The position numbers were made by a program, and so were the translations under genes. The notes under the pieces were generated by a model that was not told the origin of the DNA, made no database searches, and was given only the letters and a program-made list of their open reading frames with translations. A DNA stretch of 64,000 nucleotides from positions 153,447 through 217,446 of the forward strand of contig JAYPPT010000001.1 of assembly GCA_038131655.1 (NCBI GenBank), read 5' to 3'. Source of the stretch: Alphaproteobacteria bacterium. GTDB lineage: Bacteria; Pseudomonadota; Alphaproteobacteria; SMXQ01. Shown here piece after piece: positions 46,204 through 54,551 of this stretch (the stretch's first letter is position 1; each line of letters opens with the position of its first letter).

Positions 46204-47010
46204 ATGATCGATGTAACACAAAAGACACGTTCGCTTTTCGAATCTTTTAGCGAACTCATGAAGAAACATCTATCAGAAGCACTTATTGCAAAGATAGAAA
46301 AATATCTCGGCTACACAAACTCCGTTTTGGTGCCTATAGCGGCCATCATAGTTTTTATCGCTGGCATTGTTGTGTCGATTAAACTTTCGATGGCCACACC
46401 GTTCTTTGCTGGCATTGGGCTAGTCTTCATGGTTTTTTTCGGCGATTACATATCCGAAAAATTTCACGACGCCTGCAGGAATTCATTGAATTCCAACCCC
46501 ACAAGTGTCAGCTCTAACGCATACCTAGAATTAGTAGCGTACCTAAACGTTTTTCTCATTGTCGCTCTGGTGATAGGCGGATTCTGGTTTGCTATCAAAG
46601 CCGCAAATATCGACGTTCTACTCTGGTGCCTGGGACTAGCAATCCTAACCCTTATAAGCACGATCCCTATTTTATCCCCGCACCTAATTAATCTTCGCGT
46701 ATCAGATGATAGCGGCATTGCGAGTGATCTAATCGCGCTATCTTCGACAGGGATAAAGAGCGCGCTTTATTTCAGCAGACTTGTCTCACGCCTCATTACT
46801 ATTGCCGGCTCAATTCTTGTTCTTATCGCACTATTTGATGTTATAAGGGCGACCGGCTGGGCGACATTTGCTGCAGTAACCAAAGGTGGTGCTGGAATTG
46901 GCGTCTTATTCGCTGGTTTGTTTTATCCAGTTATTGCCTATTTCCTGTTCATGCTAGTATTTTTTGTTGCTGATATTATACTAGCAATCCTCAGCCTGAA
47001 AAAAAGATAG
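46204..47010 (+). CDS. hypothetical polytopic membrane protein (268 aa, ~6 TM)
   Basis: RBS GGGGGA; low GC; ends just before a perfect hairpin. Confidence 0.5.
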   Translation: MIDVTQKTRSLFESFSELMKKHLSEALIAKIEKYLGYTNSVLVPIAAIIVFIAGIVVSIKLSMATPFFAGIGLVFMVFFGDYISEKFHDACRNSLNSNPTSVSSNAYLELVAYLNVFLIVALVIGGFWFAIKAANIDVLLWCLGLAILTLISTIPILSPHLINLRVSDDSGIASDLIALSSTGIKSALYFSRLVSRLITIAGSILVLIALFDVIRATGWATFAAVTKGGAGIGVLFAGLFYPVIAYFLFMLVFFVADIILAILSLKKR

Positions 47011-47019
47011 GGAAATTGC

Positions 47020-47057
47020 AATGGTCTGCAGTCTACTTAGTTAGACTGCAGACCATT
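47020..47057. terminator. bidirectional terminator: perfect 16-bp stem AATGGTCTGCAGTCTA-cttagt-TAGACTGCAGACCATT
   Basis: Read directly; between convergent genes 46204..47010 (+) and 47098..47817 (-). Confidence 0.6.
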
Positions 47058-47097
47058 AACCTAAAATTTCATTCACCACTGAGGTTTTTACAAAATT

Positions 47098-47817
47098 TTA
47101 ACGCTTCATATTTTTTAGAAAAAACTTATGGGTTATATTAATTGATCGTTTCAAAACGGTTTTGTCCTTAAAAGGATGCCCGCCAGTTTCGAACGTTTCT
47201 GTTTTGATATCAAAGCCGATAGCTCTAATTCTTTCCCAAGCATTTTCAGCATAGAAATAATCTTGTGTGCCGTCATCTTTTGCATGTATGGCAAGAAATG
47301 GGGCGGATGACTTAGTAAAGTATTTAACTGGATATTCGTCAGAATCCATTTCACGCCTGCCAAAATTTGGGCGCCAGACACCGTAATGTGCGGATGCTGC
47401 AGACACGAGGTTGCTACTCGCTAAAAATATAGCGGGAAAACTTCCAGCGGAATATCCTATAGCGAATAAATTATTTCCGTCGATCTTGGGATCTTTTTTG
47501 ATAAAAGATACAAGTTCGGAAAGATCTTTATCTATCGCCTCCCTATCTTCGAAAAAACCGCTCTGCCTTGTACGCTTGGAAATGCCATGCTTTTTATAGT
47601 AGTCAGGGGTTACAACTGCATATCCAAGACGCAAATAAGGTTCCACCTGTCTCTTTCTCTTAATAGTTTTATAGCCCCCAGAAGTATGAAGCAGAATAAT
47701 GGTTGGGAATGGACCATCCCCAGGTGGATAATATCTTTCGTGAAATATCGGCTCCGCATTTGCGGCCGTAAATTTAAATAACAAGAGAAGCATCAGAAAC
47801 TTGGATATTATTTTCAT
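47098..47817 (-). CDS. secreted alpha/beta hydrolase, dienelactone hydrolase-like
   Basis: Signal peptide MKIISKFLMLLLLFKFTAANA, GYSAG nucleophile elbow; low GC. Confidence 0.7.
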   Translation of the reverse strand: MKIISKFLMLLLLFKFTAANAEPIFHERYYPPGDGPFPTIILLHTSGGYKTIKRKRQVEPYLRLGYAVVTPDYYKKHGISKRTRQSGFFEDREAIDKDLSELVSFIKKDPKIDGNNLFAIGYSAGSFPAIFLASSNLVSAASAHYGVWRPNFGRREMDSDEYPVKYFTKSSAPFLAIHAKDDGTQDYFYAENAWERIRAIGFDIKTETFETGGHPFKDKTVLKRSINITHKFFLKNMKR

Positions 47818-47858
47818 TTTCTAATCCTATCTAAATAGATTTGTTGCCAGAAAAGTTT

Positions 47859-48365
47859 TCAGCGGGAAAGTGGTTTTGAGTAAAATAGAATGAACTGATT
47901 GGCTCCGGGATTTCTATCATCAAGTCCAGCATTTGAAATATGGCTGAAATCAAAACCTAACCGGGAACGATCATTCAACCTCCAGGCCAGTGAGAGCGCA
48001 GAACGGAACTCGACGGGGTGACCCAGATCCTTGCCGCCGTTTTCCAGATAAAAACCAGGCGCGAAGCTTGGCGACATCACCAGCCGCGGTCCGAAATAAA
48101 TATCCATGGTCAGCCCGGCATAACCGTAAACAGAGCCCTTGTGGGTCACGAACGCACCGGTGATGGGACGCAGGTGCCATATCCATTTGCGCACATCGGT
48201 GTACTGGAAATTCAGCAGCGTCGCCGTATCGTCGCCGTTGACATCGAACGCGCCGGCACCGAACGACATGAAGGCCGGCTCCGCCGCGCGCGCGGGCGCG
48301 GCCCAAAGGAACATCGCGGCCAGTCCCGCAAGCAGCGTGCGGCGCAAGCACCCGGTTTTCAGCAT
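47859..48365 (-). CDS. PagL-like lipid A 3-O-deacylase outer-membrane protein
   Basis: Signal peptide; C-terminal HISNAGL...ILFYSKP matches the PagL HYSNAGL...SLFYKIP as remembered; intragenic GC shift at ~47990. Confidence 0.65.
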   Translation of the reverse strand: MLKTGCLRRTLLAGLAAMFLWAAPARAAEPAFMSFGAGAFDVNGDDTATLLNFQYTDVRKWIWHLRPITGAFVTHKGSVYGYAGLTMDIYFGPRLVMSPSFAPGFYLENGGKDLGHPVEFRSALSLAWRLNDRSRLGFDFSHISNAGLDDRNPGANQFILFYSKPLSR

Positions 48366-48397
48366 CTTCTTTTCCCCCTTGTCATGGCCGATCGCAA

Positions 48398-49387
48398 TCA
48401 GATCACGATGGCCTTGTAGCGTTCGGTCGCCGCCATTAATTCCGCCCGCGTGCCCGGTTCCGACGCGGCATGGCCGGCATCGGGCACCACCCGGTAAATC
48501 AACCCGTTGGCACCGGGGTCCCCGGGCCAGTTACGCACCAGTTCATCGGCGGACCGCATCGGGCAAACCACATCGTAGCGTCCCTGCACGATGGTGGTGG
48601 GAATTCCCGCCAGCCTGTCGACACTTTCGATCAACTGGTTTTCCGTCATGAACAGGTCGTTGACGAAGTAATGCGCCTCGATCCGCGCCAGGCCAAGCGC
48701 CATGCGTTCGGAACCGAAATCGGAATCGACCGACGGGTCATGGCGCAGGGTCGAGCACGCGCCCTCATAGGCGCTCCAGACACGGGCGGCGGGCATGTGC
48801 ACGGCGGGATCGGGATCCACCAGGCGGCGATGATAATTCTTCAGGAGATCGCCGCGCTCTTCCTCGGGCAGAAACCCGGAGAAACGGCCCCAGGCTTCGG
48901 GAAAAAATCCGCGCATGCCGTGAAGGAACCAGTCCACTTCGAAAGCACGGGCAAGAAAAATGCCGCGCAGGATCATCGCCAGCACCCGGTCCGGGTGAGC
49001 TTCGCCGTAGGCCAGCGCCAAAGTCGAGCCCCAGGAGCCGCCGAACAGCAGCCACCTGTCGACACCGAGATGGCCGCGCAGCTTTTCCAGGTCCGCGATC
49101 AGGTTGGGCGTCGTGTTGCCGTCCAGCGCGCCGAACGGTTCGGACCGCCCGGCGCCGCGCTGATCAAAAAGGATGATGCGGTAATGGCGCGGATCGAAAT
49201 AACGCCGGTGATGGGCGTGACTACCGGCCCCCGGCCCGCCGTGCAGAAAGACCACCGGCACGCCACGGGGGTTGCCCGCCACCTCGAAATACATCCGGTG
49301 CCCATCGCCCAGATCGAGCAGACCTGTTTCCAGGGGCTCCATAGGCGGATAAAGCGCGGTACGGCGAATGGCGCTAGGGTGATCCAT
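48398..49387 (-). CDS. pip: proline iminopeptidase (S33 prolyl aminopeptidase)
   Basis: VVFLHGGPG, GGSWGSTL motifs. Confidence 0.85.
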   Translation of the reverse strand: MDHPSAIRRTALYPPMEPLETGLLDLGDGHRMYFEVAGNPRGVPVVFLHGGPGAGSHAHHRRYFDPRHYRIILFDQRGAGRSEPFGALDGNTTPNLIADLEKLRGHLGVDRWLLFGGSWGSTLALAYGEAHPDRVLAMILRGIFLARAFEVDWFLHGMRGFFPEAWGRFSGFLPEEERGDLLKNYHRRLVDPDPAVHMPAARVWSAYEGACSTLRHDPSVDSDFGSERMALGLARIEAHYFVNDLFMTENQLIESVDRLAGIPTTIVQGRYDVVCPMRSADELVRNWPGDPGANGLIYRVVPDAGHAASEPGTRAELMAATERYKAIVI

Positions 49388-49471
49388 GACGGCGCCATCT
49401 TACGGGGGCGCCGGGGAACGGTCAAAGCCGGCGCCATTTTCGCCCGCCCCCGCCGGGGCTACAATAACGCC

Positions 49472-50263
49472 ATGTTTCGCGCCCTCGCCCTCGCCCTGAC
49501 CTGTATCGCCACCGCCGCCCCCGCTGTTGGCGCCGCCGAGCTGCCGCCCGGCCTCAACGCCGGGGCGCCGGGCATGACCGCCTCGGTCAGCGATGGCGAT
49601 ACCCTGACCCTTGCCGACGGGCGGCGCGTGCGCCTGGTCGGCATCCAGGCCCCGAAGCTGCCGCTGGGTCGGCCCGGGTTCCGGGCCTGGCCGCTGGCGG
49701 AAGAATCGCGGTCCGCGCTGGTGGAACTGAGCCGGGGCCAACGCCTGACCCCGCATTTCGGCGGCGCCCGCCAGGACCGTCACGGCCGCACCCTTGCCCA
49801 TCTCACCCGCGCCGACGGCCGGTGGCTGCAAGGCGCCCTGCTGACCCGCGGCCTGGCGCGCGTCTATACCTTCCCCGACAATACCGCCGGGGCGGCGGAA
49901 ATGTATGCGCTGGAGCGCGCCGCCCGGGCGGCGCGGCGCGGCATCTGGGCGCTCGAATATTACCGGGTACGCGACCACAGCGAGGCGGGGCGTTTCATCG
50001 GCTCCTTCCAGCTTGTCGAGGGACAGGTTACCTCGACGGCAGTGGTGCGCGGACGCGGCTACATAAATTTCGGTGCCGACTGGCGCCGCGACTTCACCAT
50101 CACCATATCCAAACATGCCCGGCCCCGTTTCCGGGCAGCCTTCGGCGCCAGGCTACAGCGCCTGCAAGGCAAGAAGCTGCGCGTGCGCGGCTGGCTTCGG
50201 CGCTACAATGGCCCGATGATCGAAGCCACCCATCCCGAACAGATCGAAGTGCTGGAGCCATGA
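49472..50263 (+). CDS. thermonuclease (SNase-like) family protein, secreted
   Basis: Signal peptide; DGDT...RLVGIQAPK and GRTLAH SNase-like pattern. Confidence 0.7.
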   Translation: MFRALALALTCIATAAPAVGAAELPPGLNAGAPGMTASVSDGDTLTLADGRRVRLVGIQAPKLPLGRPGFRAWPLAEESRSALVELSRGQRLTPHFGGARQDRHGRTLAHLTRADGRWLQGALLTRGLARVYTFPDNTAGAAEMYALERAARAARRGIWALEYYRVRDHSEAGRFIGSFQLVEGQVTSTAVVRGRGYINFGADWRRDFTITISKHARPRFRAAFGARLQRLQGKKLRVRGWLRRYNGPMIEATHPEQIEVLEP

Positions 50264-51744
50264 AACTGAAGCATCTTTCCCTTACGGGTACGATCACCGC
50301 GCTGGTCCTGATGGCGGCATTGCCCATGTTGTCCGGCTGCACCACAAACCCGGCGACCGGCGGGCAGATGCTGAGCTTCATGTCGCCCGAGGAAGAAGCC
50401 CGCCTCGGCGCCACCGAACATCCAAAGCTGGTGGCCGCATTCGGCGGCGAGGTGCTGGACCCGGCCCTGGTCAAATACGTCGACGATGTCGGCCAGAAGC
50501 TGGCGCGCCATTCGGAAATTCCCAACCTCAAGTACACTTTCACCATCATCGACAGCGAAATCGTCAATGCCTTCGCCCTGCCCGGCGGCTTTATCCATGT
50601 CTCGCGCGGGTTGCTGGCATTGGCCAATTCGGAAGCCGAACTGGCCAGCGTTCTTGCCCATGAAATCGGGCACGTGACCGCGCGCCACGCGGCCCAGCGC
50701 CATAGCCAGAGTGTTCTGGCCGGGCTTGGCGTCAATGTCATCGGTGTTTTGACCGGCGTGCGCGAAGCGGCGAATCTGGCCGGATCGGTGGCCGAGCTCT
50801 ATCTCAAGAGTTATTCCCGCGAACATGAATTCGAAGCCGATACCCTGGGGGTCCGCTATATCCGGCGCGCCGGTTACGATTCACGGGCGGCGGCGAATTT
50901 CCTCGCCAGCCTGCGGGCCCATTCGCAACTGGAGGCGAAGCTCCAGGGCCTGCCCGAAGGCACCGTCGACCAGCGCAACTGGATGGCGACGCACCCGCGC
51001 ACGGTAGATCGTGTCGAGCGCGCGGCGCAGGCGGCGAGCAACGGCGATGTCGCCAATCCCGTTACCGGGCATGAGACCTACCTCAAGAAAATCGACGGCC
51101 TGATCTACGGCAACAGCCCCCGGCACGGCTTCGTGCGCGGGCGCGACTTCCTGCATCCCGACCTGCGCTTCCGTTTCCGCGTGCCGGGCGGGTTCGAGCT
51201 GTCCAACACGCCGGAACGGGTCATGGCCAAGGGCCCGCGCAACGCCGTTATCGTCTTCGATGGCGCCAATGTGGCGCCATCACGCAACATGCTCGAATAC
51301 ATGGTCAACACCTGGGGCCGTGGAATCCGGATCGGCAGTCGCGAAGAACTGACCATCAACGGCAAGCCCGCCGCGACGGGTGTCGCCCGCGTGCGCACGC
51401 GCGCGGGCGTGCGCGATTACCAACTGGTCGCCATCCGGGGCGAAGGCAACCAGGTCTGGCGCTTCCTGTTCGTCACGCCCCCCGGCGAGACCGCATCCTT
51501 CAGGAGCGACTTTCGCGTGACCCGGCAGTCCTTCCGCACGGTATCGGAGCGCGAGGCCGCGACATGGCCAGCGCACCGCATCCGGCTGCATCGCGTACGC
51601 GCGGGCGACACCGTAGAAAGCCTGGCCGCGCGCGAGCCTTTCGAAAAGCTGAAGATCGACCGGTTCCGTGTGCTCAACGGATTATCGCCGGGTGAACCGC
51701 TGAAGCTCGGCAGCACCGTCAAGCTGGTGCTGGACGGCCGCTAG
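50260..51744 (+). CDS. M48 family metallopeptidase lipoprotein with C-terminal LysM domain
   Basis: Lipobox LSGC, HEIGH zinc motif, C-terminal RVRAGDTVESLA...FRVLNGL LysM-like; ATGA coupling with upstream gene. Confidence 0.85.
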   Translation: MKLKHLSLTGTITALVLMAALPMLSGCTTNPATGGQMLSFMSPEEEARLGATEHPKLVAAFGGEVLDPALVKYVDDVGQKLARHSEIPNLKYTFTIIDSEIVNAFALPGGFIHVSRGLLALANSEAELASVLAHEIGHVTARHAAQRHSQSVLAGLGVNVIGVLTGVREAANLAGSVAELYLKSYSREHEFEADTLGVRYIRRAGYDSRAAANFLASLRAHSQLEAKLQGLPEGTVDQRNWMATHPRTVDRVERAAQAASNGDVANPVTGHETYLKKIDGLIYGNSPRHGFVRGRDFLHPDLRFRFRVPGGFELSNTPERVMAKGPRNAVIVFDGANVAPSRNMLEYMVNTWGRGIRIGSREELTINGKPAATGVARVRTRAGVRDYQLVAIRGEGNQVWRFLFVTPPGETASFRSDFRVTRQSFRTVSEREAATWPAHRIRLHRVRAGDTVESLAAREPFEKLKIDRFRVLNGLSPGEPLKLGSTVKLVLDGR

Positions 51745-51814
51745 GGAGCAATCGCAAAAAAGGCCGGTGCTTGAAAACACCGGCCTTTCGCATTTCAACG
51801 CCAACAGTTCTGGA

Positions 51815-52756
51815 TCAGGCGGCCTTCTCCAGGAACTGGCCAAGCTTCACCGTCGCCGCATCCTCGTCGATGCGCTCGACGGCGGCAAGCTCACGCGCAA
51901 GACGCTCGAGCGCGGCTTCATAAATCTGGCGCTCGGAATAGGACTGGTCGGGCTGACCCGCGTTGCGATGCAGATCGCGCACCACCTCGGCGATGGAAAC
52001 AGGATCGCCGGAATTGATCTTGGCCTCGTATTCCTGCGCCCGGCGCGACCACATCGCCCGCGACACGCGCGAACGGCCCTTGAGGGTCGTCAGCGCCACG
52101 TCGATTTGCTGGCGCGTCGACAGCTTGCGCAGGCCCGCATCGTCGACCTTGTCCACCGGCACGCGCAGGGTCATCTTTTCCTTTTCGAAATCGATGACAA
52201 ACAGGCGCAACGTGAAGCCCGCGATAAGCTGTTCCTCGATCGCGGTGATCTTGCCGACACCGTGGGTCGGATAAACGACATAATCGCCGCAGGCGTAATC
52301 GCCCATGCGATGCGCGGAGAATGGCTTCGACGGCTTGACCGGCTTGGCGGGTTTAGCGGGCTTGGGCGCGGGCGCGGCCTTGACCGGAGCCTTGGCCACC
52401 GGCTTCGGCGCCGCCTTAACCGGCGCGGCCTTCTTCGCCACGACTTTCTTCGCCGCGGCCTTCTTCGCCACGACTTTCTTCGCCGCCGCCTTCTTCGCCA
52501 CGACTTTCTTCGCCGCCGCCTTCTTCGCCACGACTTTCTTCGCCGCCGCCTTCTTCGGCGCAGGCTTCTTCGCCGCCGCCTTCTTCGGCGCAGGCTTCTT
52601 CGCCGCCGCCTTCTTCGGTTTCGGTGCCGCCTTCTTCGGCGCGGCCTTCTTGGCAGGCGCCTTTTTAGCGGCGGCTTTCTTGGCCGGGGCCTTCTTCGCC
52701 TTCGCCGCCTTCTTGGTCGGAGCCTTCTTCGCCTTGGCCTTTTTCGTGGTCGCCAT
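51815..52756 (-). CDS. cdnL: CarD/CdnL family transcriptional regulator with N-terminal histone H1-like Lys/Ala/Pro-rich repeat domain
   Basis: C-terminal 160 aa = CdnL (GDYVVYPTHGVGKITAIEE); N-terminal 150 aa = (AAKKxxAKKA)n repeats. Confidence 0.8.
   Translation of the reverse strand: MATTKKAKAKKAPTKKAAKAKKAPAKKAAAKKAPAKKAAPKKAAPKPKKAAAKKPAPKKAAAKKPAPKKAAAKKVVAKKAAAKKVVAKKAAAKKVVAKKAAAKKVVAKKAAPVKAAPKPVAKAPVKAAPAPKPAKPAKPVKPSKPFSAHRMGDYACGDYVVYPTHGVGKITAIEEQLIAGFTLRLFVIDFEKEKMTLRVPVDKVDDAGLRKLSTRQQIDVALTTLKGRSRVSRAMWSRRAQEYEAKINSGDPVSIAEVVRDLHRNAGQPDQSYSERQIYEAALERLARELAAVERIDEDAATVKLGQFLEKAA
52425..52615. repeat. tandem 30-nt coding repeats (4x cttcttcgccacgactttcttcgccgccgc, 2x variant) within cdnL
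   Basis: Read directly; encode AAKKVVAKKA x4 and AAKKPAPKKA x2. Confidence 0.7.
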
Positions 52757-53029
52757 GCTCTATCTCCACCTCATTCCCTGGTGTATCGAAATTCTGCAAA
52801 AGCTCACTGCGCCGCCGGGACAAGCACAATGCCGGGGCGACGCTTCGCGCCCCATTCGTGGCTTGTTTCCCCTGCGGAATCATACGGGCGCTTGAAACGC
52901 GCCCGCTTCACCGGTCCAATGCCTCTAACCCATTGAATTAAAAGGTTAATAGCGGCGACCGTTAGGACATCATAACAGAATTTTTAGGCAAATTCCAGCA
53001 AGACCCGACAAATACCGCGCAGATAAAGA

Positions 53030-53371
53030 CTAACTGCCTGATTTTCCAGGGTTTTCACTGAAATGGGCCGGGTACTTGTCCTTGACGTCCTTCCACTCCT
53101 CGCGGTCGGCGGGCGGCTCGCCCTTGACCGTGATATTGGGCCAGGTTTCGGCATATTTGCGGTTGATTTCGACCCATTTGGACAGGTCGCCCTCGGTGTC
53201 GGGCAGGATCGCCTCGACCGGGCACTCGGGTTCGCACACCCCGCAATCAATGCATTCGTCGGGATTGATGACGAGAAAGTTTTCACCTTCGTAGAAGCAA
53301 TCGACAGGGCAAACCTCGACGCAGTCCATGTACTTGCACTTCACGCAGGGTTCGGTCACCACATATGTCAT
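53030..53371 (-). CDS. fdxA: 7Fe ferredoxin (FdxA, [3Fe-4S][4Fe-4S])
   Basis: [29 protein letters not shown] + [12 protein letters not shown]. Confidence 0.9.
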   Translation of the reverse strand: MTYVVTEPCVKCKYMDCVEVCPVDCFYEGENFLVINPDECIDCGVCEPECPVEAILPDTEGDLSKWVEINRKYAETWPNITVKGEPPADREEWKDVKDKYPAHFSENPGKSGS

Positions 53372-53508
53372 CGGCCCACAGATCCTTTCACGCCACGGGG
53401 CAGCACCTGCCCGTCTTCTTGAATATGCGCGCTTTGGGTATCACGCCGGCCCCCGGCCTGCAAGCCCACGCCCTTGCCCATGCCCTGCCCCCGCTTTAGG
53501 GTCGCGGA

Positions 53509-54144
53509 ATGAGCGCATCCCCACCCCCCACGCCGCCGCCCGGGGCCCTGCACGCCCCCCACACCGAGCGCAATACCGTGCCGATCCTCGACGTCCTTGC
53601 CCGCGTCCTGGGCAGGCGGAAGGCCGTGCTGGAAATCGCCTGCGGGTCGGGCGAACAGGCGCCGCACTTCGCCGCCGCGCTGGCGCCCGAGAAATGGCTG
53701 TCATGCGACATCTCCGCCGAGGCCGTGGCCTCCGCCACCGCCTGGGCAAGGGCCTCGGGCCAGGGCAACCTGCTGACGCCGATGGTGCTGGACGTCGCCC
53801 ATACGCCGTGGGGCCTGCCCGCGGGCTTCGCGCCCGATGCCATTATCTGCATCAACATGATCCACATCGCGCCCCCGGCGGCCTGCCAAGGCCTGATGAC
53901 CGGCGCCGGCGCGGTCCTGGCGCCGGGCGGTGTGCTTTACCTTTACGGGCCCTATAAGGTCGCCGGGGCGCATACCGCGCCCTCCAACGCCGACTTCGAC
54001 CGCTCGCTTCGGGCCCGCAATCCCAAGTGGGGAATCCGCGATATCGAAGACGTTGCTTCCCTGGCCGAGGCCCACGGCCTGAAGCTGACCGAGACCATCG
54101 ACATGCCCGCCAATAATCTTTCGCTGGTGCTGGAAAAAACCTAG
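53509..54144 (+). CDS. DUF938 domain protein (putative SAM-dependent methyltransferase-like)
   Basis: LEIACGSGEQAPHFA motif typical of DUF938. Confidence 0.6.
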   Translation: MSASPPPTPPPGALHAPHTERNTVPILDVLARVLGRRKAVLEIACGSGEQAPHFAAALAPEKWLSCDISAEAVASATAWARASGQGNLLTPMVLDVAHTPWGLPAGFAPDAIICINMIHIAPPAACQGLMTGAGAVLAPGGVLYLYGPYKVAGAHTAPSNADFDRSLRARNPKWGIRDIEDVASLAEAHGLKLTETIDMPANNLSLVLEKT

Positions 54145-54551
54145 TCGCCGCGCAGGCGGTCGATGGCGCGTCGTTCCGCCTTGGTCGGCCGGCCGCTGCC
54201 CGGCTCGCGCCCGGCCACCGGTGCCGCCACCACGTCCGCAACGGGTTTTTGCATCGGCGCGGGATCGAGATCCTCGTAGAGCAACCGCGCTTCCACCGCG
54301 GGGCCGCGCCGGGTGGCAAGCGCCACGATGCGAATAACCCTGATCCGGGCACCGGCCGGAAACGTCAGCACGTCACCCGGACGCACCGGCGCGTGCGCCT
54401 TGACCGCGCGGGTACCGTTGACCCGCACCTTGCCGTCGATGCAAACGCGCGCCGCGATGGAGCGGCTTTTGAAAAAGCGCGCATGCCACAGCCACTTGTC
54501 GAGACGTCCGGCCGCACTCCCGCCCGGCACCGAATCGATCGGCGCTGTCAT
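54141..54551 (-). CDS. RNA-binding S4 domain protein (Hsp15/HslR-like)
   Basis: RLDKWLWHARFFKSRSIAARVCIDGKVRVNG S4 motif. Confidence 0.75.
   Translation of the reverse strand: MTAPIDSVPGGSAAGRLDKWLWHARFFKSRSIAARVCIDGKVRVNGTRAVKAHAPVRPGDVLTFPAGARIRVIRIVALATRRGPAVEARLLYEDLDPAPMQKPVADVVAAPVAGREPGSGRPTKAERRAIDRLRGD

Larger units (their letters stand above)
44608..47995. other. compositionally atypical low-GC (~40-48%) segment, candidate horizontally acquired islet containing tRNA-Arg
   Basis: Visible drop in GC and in GC3 of codons relative to flanking ~66% GC DNA; boundaries at aceB start and inside the pagL-like gene. Confidence 0.5.

Noticed and set aside
52305-52895. 196-aa + strand ORF (GAALTGAAFFATTFF... 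repeats)
   Set aside because: Antisense reading of the cdnL AKKA-repeat region; the minus-strand frame gives the recognisable CdnL domain.
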